Below are positions 57,901 to 64,000 of a stretch of 64,000 bases of DNA, piece after piece. The DNA comes from Mytilus californianus. Taxonomy: Eukaryota. Made by a program: the position numbers and the translations under genes. The DNA is taken from assembly GCF_021869535.1 (NCBI RefSeq), contig NW_026262674.1:4154001-4218000 (forward strand). Direction: 5' to 3'. The notes beneath the pieces are model-generated. The model worked only from the letters and a program-made list of their open reading frames with translations, did not search any database and was not told where the DNA came from. Position 1 is the first letter of the stretch. Every line of letters starts with the position of its first letter.

Positions 57901-60900
57901 TTGGCCATGGCGTTGTCAGTTTGTTTTCGATCTATGAGTTTGAATGTCCCTCTGGTATCTTTCGTCCCTCTTTTATCTGGTTATTTCTGAAAAAATGAAA
58001 TCATTATTGTATACCCTTATTTTCCCTTCTTGACCTCCTGTTTGGTCTCCTCCTCCTACTCCTCTCAGACAACATTAGAAAATCAACAGGAATATCCACA
58101 TCTATATCTACATCTTCTCCATCTGGCACAGGACTTTCCTCAAATAAAGACTGATCTTCTATAATGGAATCTACTGATCTCTGGAGCCTGCTATCACCTT
58201 GCACCTGGCTTGAGACACTTTCACTTTCAAATTCTTCAGTGAGAATGTCTGCATTTGTTGATATAAAGTGTTGATGTTCTGAGTGGGTTCTGTTTTCCTG
58301 ATAAGTTCCAAATGGTTCAGTTAGGGTTTCATTTGTTTGTTGATCCACCTGAATGTCATTTGTTTCTTCTACAGATGTCCTATTGGTAATTTGACTAGTT
58401 TCAGTAAAGGCAGTTGAACTTAAATTTTGAAGTAAATGGTGTGCATTATTGGTGACAGTATTACCTTCACCAGAACCACTTTGTATATGAGGGTCATTAG
58501 AAAGTTCCAGGTTAGAACCACTTTGTATATGAGGGTCACTCAAAGCTTTAAGGTTATTCATTTGATCTGAAATATCAAAAGTGCTAGTGTGTTCATTGCC
58601 AATAGGACGAGGATGCATTTGAAAAGTATCACAGTTGGTTTTGAAAGACATGGCCATAGTGTTCTGTCCATAATCCTGAACTCTATCAAGTTTTTCAGTG
58701 CTTTGGTCTTGATTATGTTCAAGATTATCTTCATTAGCCGTTAAACCATTTTCATCAACAACTGTTAAACAGGAAAATATCACTGTTTTATCTACATGAT
58801 GGTCCTTTGATGAAACAGGAAACCCATCAAGATTATTTTGTGACATTTCTTTGTAAGGATCAAAGTTTGTTCTTTTCTGCTCAAATGTGGGTTCATATAA
58901 AATTTCTCCATCCCTAATCTTGATAAAATCTTCTGGGCAAAAATCAGAGTTCATATCGTCAAAGTCATTATCAGATCCACCATCATCAACTTGATCAATC
59001 ATGTCATCATCATTAATCAGAGATTTATCATTATTATCAATCAAATAGCGATCATGATTTGTTACATCTGTTTTGTGTTGTGCCACTATTTCAGGAAATG
59101 CATTAGTGTTGACAACTTGATCACCCAACATAATGGTTCTATCATGATTAATCGTATTACTACATGTATTGGTTCCATCGTGATTAATCATATTACTACA
59201 TGTATTGGTTCCATCGTGATTAATCATATTACTACACATATTGGTTCCATCGTGATTAATCGTATTACTACATGTATTGGTTCCATTGTGATTAATCGTA
59301 TTACTACATGTATTGGTTTCATCGTGATTAATCCTATCACACAGAGAATCAAATACACATTTAGTTATTTCACTTGAAGGTATGAATACCTGATCCATGC
59401 TTTCACTTGAAGGTGTGAATACCTGATCCATGCTTTCACTTGAAGGTGTAAATACATGATCCATGCTTTCACTTGAAGGTGTAAATACCTGATCCATGCT
59501 TTCACTCAAAGGTGAAAATCCCTGTTCCATGCTTTCACTCGAAGCATTTGTTTGCATGTTATCTGGAGAAGTTGATGAATTAGCCTTGACTGCAAGAATC
59601 TTTTTATCGACTCTATCTTTAAGTATGTGAACCGGTGGGAGTTCATGCTTGTCACATTGTTGACAGGTGAGTATTTTGATAAAATTGAATGATCCCAGTT
59701 TACCATTACACTTTGGGCAGCACAATTTCCCTTTCTGCCAGGATTCCTACAAATAAACAAATTGTCAATATATAATTTGTGTATGTCTTGACAGCTAACT
59801 CTTCCAAACCACCTGAGATCAACCCTGGTTTTTTTGATGGGGTTCATGTTGCTCAGCCTTTAGTTTCCTATGTTGTGTTTGGTATTCTGTTGTTTGTCTT
59901 TTGGTTTTTTTTTTTTCTTTTTTGCCATGGCGTTGTCAGTTTGTTTTTTCGACTTATCAGTTTGAATGTCCCTTTGATATCTTTTGCCTCTTTTTTGTTC
60001 TGAGATGTTTTCAAATGGTTTTAGCGGGCTTGATCTAAATACTCACTATGAAGCACAAATGTACAACTCTTACTTCATGTCTAGTTAAGATTTTTAAAAT
60101 GGACAAATAAATATAAAATTGATGATCTGGAGGAAGAATGTGATTCTTTGCAAATGTGCTTAGAATATGAATAGATATATTTTTTTCGTCAATGAGACAG
60201 CAACCCAAAATCATACACTCATACACATAAAAAACAAAAGGCTTCTAAGAGATTCTAACAGCCTGAATATACACCTGTCAAAACATTGAGATAATAGGTA
60301 AACACAACAAAATTAATGGGGTCATCCAATGGTTTAGGTCATATTTGGCCTTTTTCCATTTTTGCTGATATCAGTTTCTACCTATCTATAATAATTTTCA
60401 GAATAAGAGCTTGAGGCAAACACACAAAAATGAATCAAAAATCATCATTGAAGAGAAATAACTCCTACAAGGAGTCATCTAAAAAATTTGGTGAAAAAAG
60501 AAGTAGGTAGGGACTTATTGCAAACAGACAGGCAAGGTGATTACCATTAGTCTCTACAAAGTAAGGGAATAACATATTCTAATGCAAGTTATAAACACTA
60601 CCAGCCTTATTCACTGATGAACAGATTTTTAACATCCTTTAAGGAAGTAAAGTTTCACTATCTAACTTACGGGTAATGCTGAAACTTTGTAAAAATAACC
60701 AGACAATTAAAAGGCCTCTAGTAAAAACATATTCAAGTGTTGATTCCTGCCAGTCTGAAACTTGACAAAGGGAGACAACTCTAATTATTACTTTAAACTG
60801 AAAATGTTCAAGCTATTTTTCTCAGGCTGTTTATGACATCTTTACCCTAAATCTGTTGGATTTGGTAAGATTTCAGATACTGTGAGTACTCTTAGACTGG

Positions 60901-62396
60901 TTCTTGGTCTTTCATCTTTTTGTTAGTTGTTTTTTGTGCTTCCTGTTGATCTGATGAGTCATGCCCTTACCAACTATTTTTTACAGTTTGTTCTTTATGT
61001 TGTGCTGAGACACCACCATCTCAGGTTAAGGGGAGGGTTGAACATTTGCAAATAATCAGTATATGCCTGTCCTTATTAGGGAGCCGGTAATTCATTAGTT
61101 GTAAATGGTTACTGTCTGTCATATTAATTTTTCGTTTATCATTTGATCATAAATCAAGCCATTGCTTAAATTGTTTGAATTGTCATAATATGGCATTTTG
61201 CTGCTAACTTAACAGAATGGTTTTTGCTCATTGTTACAGTTGCCTACAGTTGCTCACATCCAAGTCTTTTGGTCTCTGGTGAATAGTTATTTCATTGACA
61301 ATCGTCTCTGGTGAATAGTTATTTCATTGACAATCAATTCCACTGGAACATAATACTGAGTGATTGGCTAGATTAATTATGAGGCCAAAAAAAAATATAT
61401 GTCTGTTTAAGGTTACATACTTTTAAAAAATAGGGTAGGTAGGTCGGTATTTCCATTTTATTTTTTGTGACACGATTTTGAGTCATGCCGTTTCGTCTTG
61501 TCATGGTCCGAGTTGATCATGGGCCGAGTTTACCCGTATTTTTAATGATTGGATTATTTCCCTTGGTAATTGGTTGGAAAAAAATGGTGGCAAAGTGTTT
61601 ATTTCATCACACGAGTTGCAAATTTCCTTAAAACAACTGTCATATTCACGATTGTGAACATTGGGATGTATCAGGCAATTGATTTATATTATTTGCAACA
61701 CTAACTTTGCTTTTGCCACGAGTTCAGTTTATTTTTCACTTTACGACGGAAATAAAATGACTTAGGGTCGGCGCTCAAAAGTAGGGTCGGTCGGGTAACC
61801 GTAAACAGACATATATGTTTTTTTGGACTAAACTATATCTGTACAAATTTTTGTCATCTTGAAAGTGAAGTTAAAATATACAGCTTTTTTTACAGGTCGT
61901 ACAGTTGTAAACTTCTATATCATTTTGTTTCTCGTGGAGTGTTGTCTCATTGGTTATCATTCCACTTCTTCTTATTTTTATATTAGAAAGTTGTTGACAC
62001 AGACAGAACAAGTGAAAATGTGAGCTACTGCTCACTGATGATACCCACGCCCAAATACGGTAAACAGGAAGTTGTTGAGTGATGAATCTGAAAACGCATC
62101 ACATGGTATAGCTGACTTATATAAACCCTGAAACCAAATTTCAGAAATCCTTGTTGTGTAGTTCTTGAGAAAGATGCAATGAAAAATATTCATGGGACGG
62201 ACGGACGGACGGACAGACAGAGGTAAAACAGTATACCCCCACTTTTTTAAAGCGGGGGTATAAAAATAGTAACTTTCACAGCAAGACAAGACAAAACAAG
62301 ACTGAAATGTAGTAAGCCATACCTTTTTAACTGCCTCAGACACCCAGTCAGGCATGTTGTCATCTCTTATGTACCACACTGTACTATTGTCACATT
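51977..62396 (-). CDS. RNF180: RNF180-like RING E3 ubiquitin ligase with C-terminal transmembrane segment; 5' exon(s) lie right of the window
   Basis: Exons (minus): 62323-62396 (ECDNSTVWYIRDDNMPDWVSEAVKK), 58015-59746 (ESWQKGKLCCPKCNGKLGSFNF.. then low-complexity linker), possible 48-nt exon 54616-54663, 54379-54549 (C3HC4 RING CPVCFD..CEHVLCEAC..CPMC), 51977-52278 (..PLPHRR..IYLAGFVLLIMIVPVVSLG..WF*). Phases are consistent. The W..GKL.CP.C..KLG.FNF block plus RING plus C-terminal TM matches RNF180/Rines. Confidence 0.8.
52464..53427. mobile_element. ~960-bp non-autonomous Tc1/mariner-pogo-like element
   Basis: TA|CAGTCGACTCTCGTTATCTCGAA ... TTCGAGACAACGAGAGTTAACTG|TA; subterminal TTCGACTC repeats. 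Confidence 0.8.
55432..55933. mobile_element. ~500-bp CAGGG-TIR element, near-perfect 5-bp TSD
   Basis: TTACT|CAGGGGTTCAAATT ... AATTTGAGCCCCTG|TAACT. Confidence 0.7.
56197..56586. mobile_element. MITE family A copy (TTAA)
   Basis: TTAA|GGATGTTCGCT ... AGCGAGCATCC|TTAA. Confidence 0.85.
56767..57220 (-). mobile_element. HINE-like element related to 22498-23408
   Basis: aacaagagtg..ctgaaatgtgtcgcc start; atgaaaataaggtgaaggtcagataa unit. Confidence 0.65.
59134..59334 (-). repeat. Coding minisatellite, 36 bp x~5.6 (INHDGTNTCSNT)
   Basis: In-frame within the 1.7-kb RNF180 exon. Confidence 0.92.
59368..59544 (-). repeat. Coding minisatellite, 33 bp x~5.3 (SESMDQVFTPS)
   Basis: In-frame within the 1.7-kb RNF180 exon. 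Confidence 0.92.
61383..61828. mobile_element. Inverted copy of the ~470-bp Harbinger-like MITE
   Basis: Reverse complement of 18198-18667; flanks TGA / TAA. Confidence 0.8.
62007..62266 (-). mobile_element. Short HINE-like element
   Basis: aacaagtg start, (GGAC)n microsatellite at about 62195-62220, terminal hairpin tataccccc..gggggtata plus A run. Confidence 0.78.
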
Positions 62397-64000
62397 CTAA
62401 AACATAAAAATTACAATATATTATATTATATAAATTATATCATCAATGTTTTAAACACTGTGTCATCTTCTCACAGAGTTTGATCATTCAAGGTTGTAGC
62501 AAACTGTCAATCAAATCTAATAATAACATTAAAGGTACCAATTTTACTGCACCAGATGTGCATTTCCCCAATTAATGTCTCGTCACTGATGCTCGAGACT
62601 AAACTATCTGAAAATCCAAAACTTAATACAAATGTTGAAGTGCTGATAAAACCAATTGAATAAAAGAACAGAGTTCCAATGTCCCCTATGTTGCACATAT
62701 TTTATCTATCCAAAGTACAAGGGCAATAACTAAAAAAAAACACTTTTTTGTTATCTTTAAAACTTTTTATTAATATCTTAAGAGAAATGAAGGCTTCAGA
62801 TCAAATGCAATGTGATTTCCATTATAATTGATATTTTCAAGGGGCATAACTCGTTAAAAATATTTGATCAAAACTTATTTTCAAAAGTGTCAAAGACATT
62901 GCTGATACAAACATATGATATAAGTTTCATAAAATTCTGGCAAGAATTGTACATGTGAGAGCGCTAACAAAAGCAGACAGATGTACGTACAGATGGACAG
63001 ATGGACAGACGCCCAGTATTTCCATGATTCCAGCAATGTGTTGCCCATGGGACAAAAAGGATCAAGAGTAAAGCTGTTAATACCAATATCAATATTTAAC
63101 AACCACTAGTGCAGTAAGTTTTGAAAATCTGTCAAAATCATGTAAGTTTATCAACCTGAATAAACAAATATGTATGGTATGAATCATTGAGATAGAAACT
63201 TAAAGATATAACTAGAGGCTCAAGAAGTCTCATTTGCTAATTTGGCAAAATTATGCAATATTAATATTTGCATTAAAATTAGGACAAAAGAACCTATTTA
63301 CAAAAACGTCCCATACTGGCTCATAGTACTGAATAACTTCCCAAAAGTTCTTTAGGGTTGGCACTAAAAATTAAAGAAGTAGGGTATTTTTTATTCAGCC
63401 TTAATCAAGATGGCTATATGTTGGTTGTTATATATAAATGAAAGACACCTAAAACAGCCAAACAAAAATCTAACCTTTGAATTCTGATTTGTTACTATCT
63501 ACAAGATGATCTTCTTTAACAACAGGATTTCTACACACTCTACACTGTAGATAGACAGACATTCTAAAAACCTGGAATAAAAATGAAAATATAAGTTACT
63601 AAGTTAGCTCCACTTATAGCAATTTGAAAAAAAATAATTCACAATGTCACAAATTATTGCAGCTCAGGCTGATATTGTTATTTCCACCGTCCACTTTGTG
63701 AGTGAGCAGAGTTGAACGCTATGTCATATCTTTTCTTCTACTGTTGCTGCTACTAACCATTCAAGAGAACCTGATTTCATCCCTAGTTTTGTTAAAAAGG
63801 GGTTCATGATGCCTCAGCCTTAGTTTTCAGTAATGTGTTTTAAGCTATCCTATTTTTCAAGGTCTCTGTGGTTATTTAGTTTTGTTCTATTTTTGTCAGA
63901 GATACCATGTTTTTATTTAAACGTTCATATTTGGTCATATTTAATGGTTAGAGAATGTGCAAAAGGTTATCAATTGTTGTCATTTGTTGATGTCGTCAGG

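Noticed and set aside
58991-59377. 128-aa plus-strand repetitive ORF
   Set aside because: Antisense reading of the 36-bp coding repeat.
62400-64000. First RNF180 coding exon
   Set aside because: No convincing ATG plus CxxC exon with a phase-1 donor was found; it probably lies beyond the window.

Overview
AT-rich, intron-rich animal genomic DNA. The repeat content suggests a bivalve, probably a Mytilus-type mussel (inference). Five protein-coding genes were reconstructed by hand with GT-AG introns and consistent phases: a TDRKH/Papi-like TM-KH-KH-Tudor gene (minus strand, 8 exons, 3' end outside the window), an intronless ANKRD40-like gene (plus), riboflavin kinase RFK (minus, 4 exons, complete), Rab11 (plus, 6 exons, complete, 216 aa) and an RNF180-like RING E3 ligase (minus, 5' end outside the window). 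TDRKH/ANKRD40 and RFK/Rab11 are head-to-head pairs. Introns and intergenic DNA hold many non-autonomous elements: Helentron-associated (HINE/DINE-like) elements carrying satellite arrays, MITEs with TTAA, TA, TWA and 5-bp target duplications, and SINE-like repeats. No transposase ORF is visible. The most unusual signal is four independent tandem duplications that straddle exon-intron junctions and copy the splice site. Three are in TDRKH. The fourth, in RFK, is a ~46-bp minisatellite that places 9 decoy 3' splice sites in front of the exon encoding the ETH motif, with a nearby inverted 24-nt copy that perfectly complements three decoys but not the true acceptor. Coordinates were counted by eye, so repeat boundaries are approximate.
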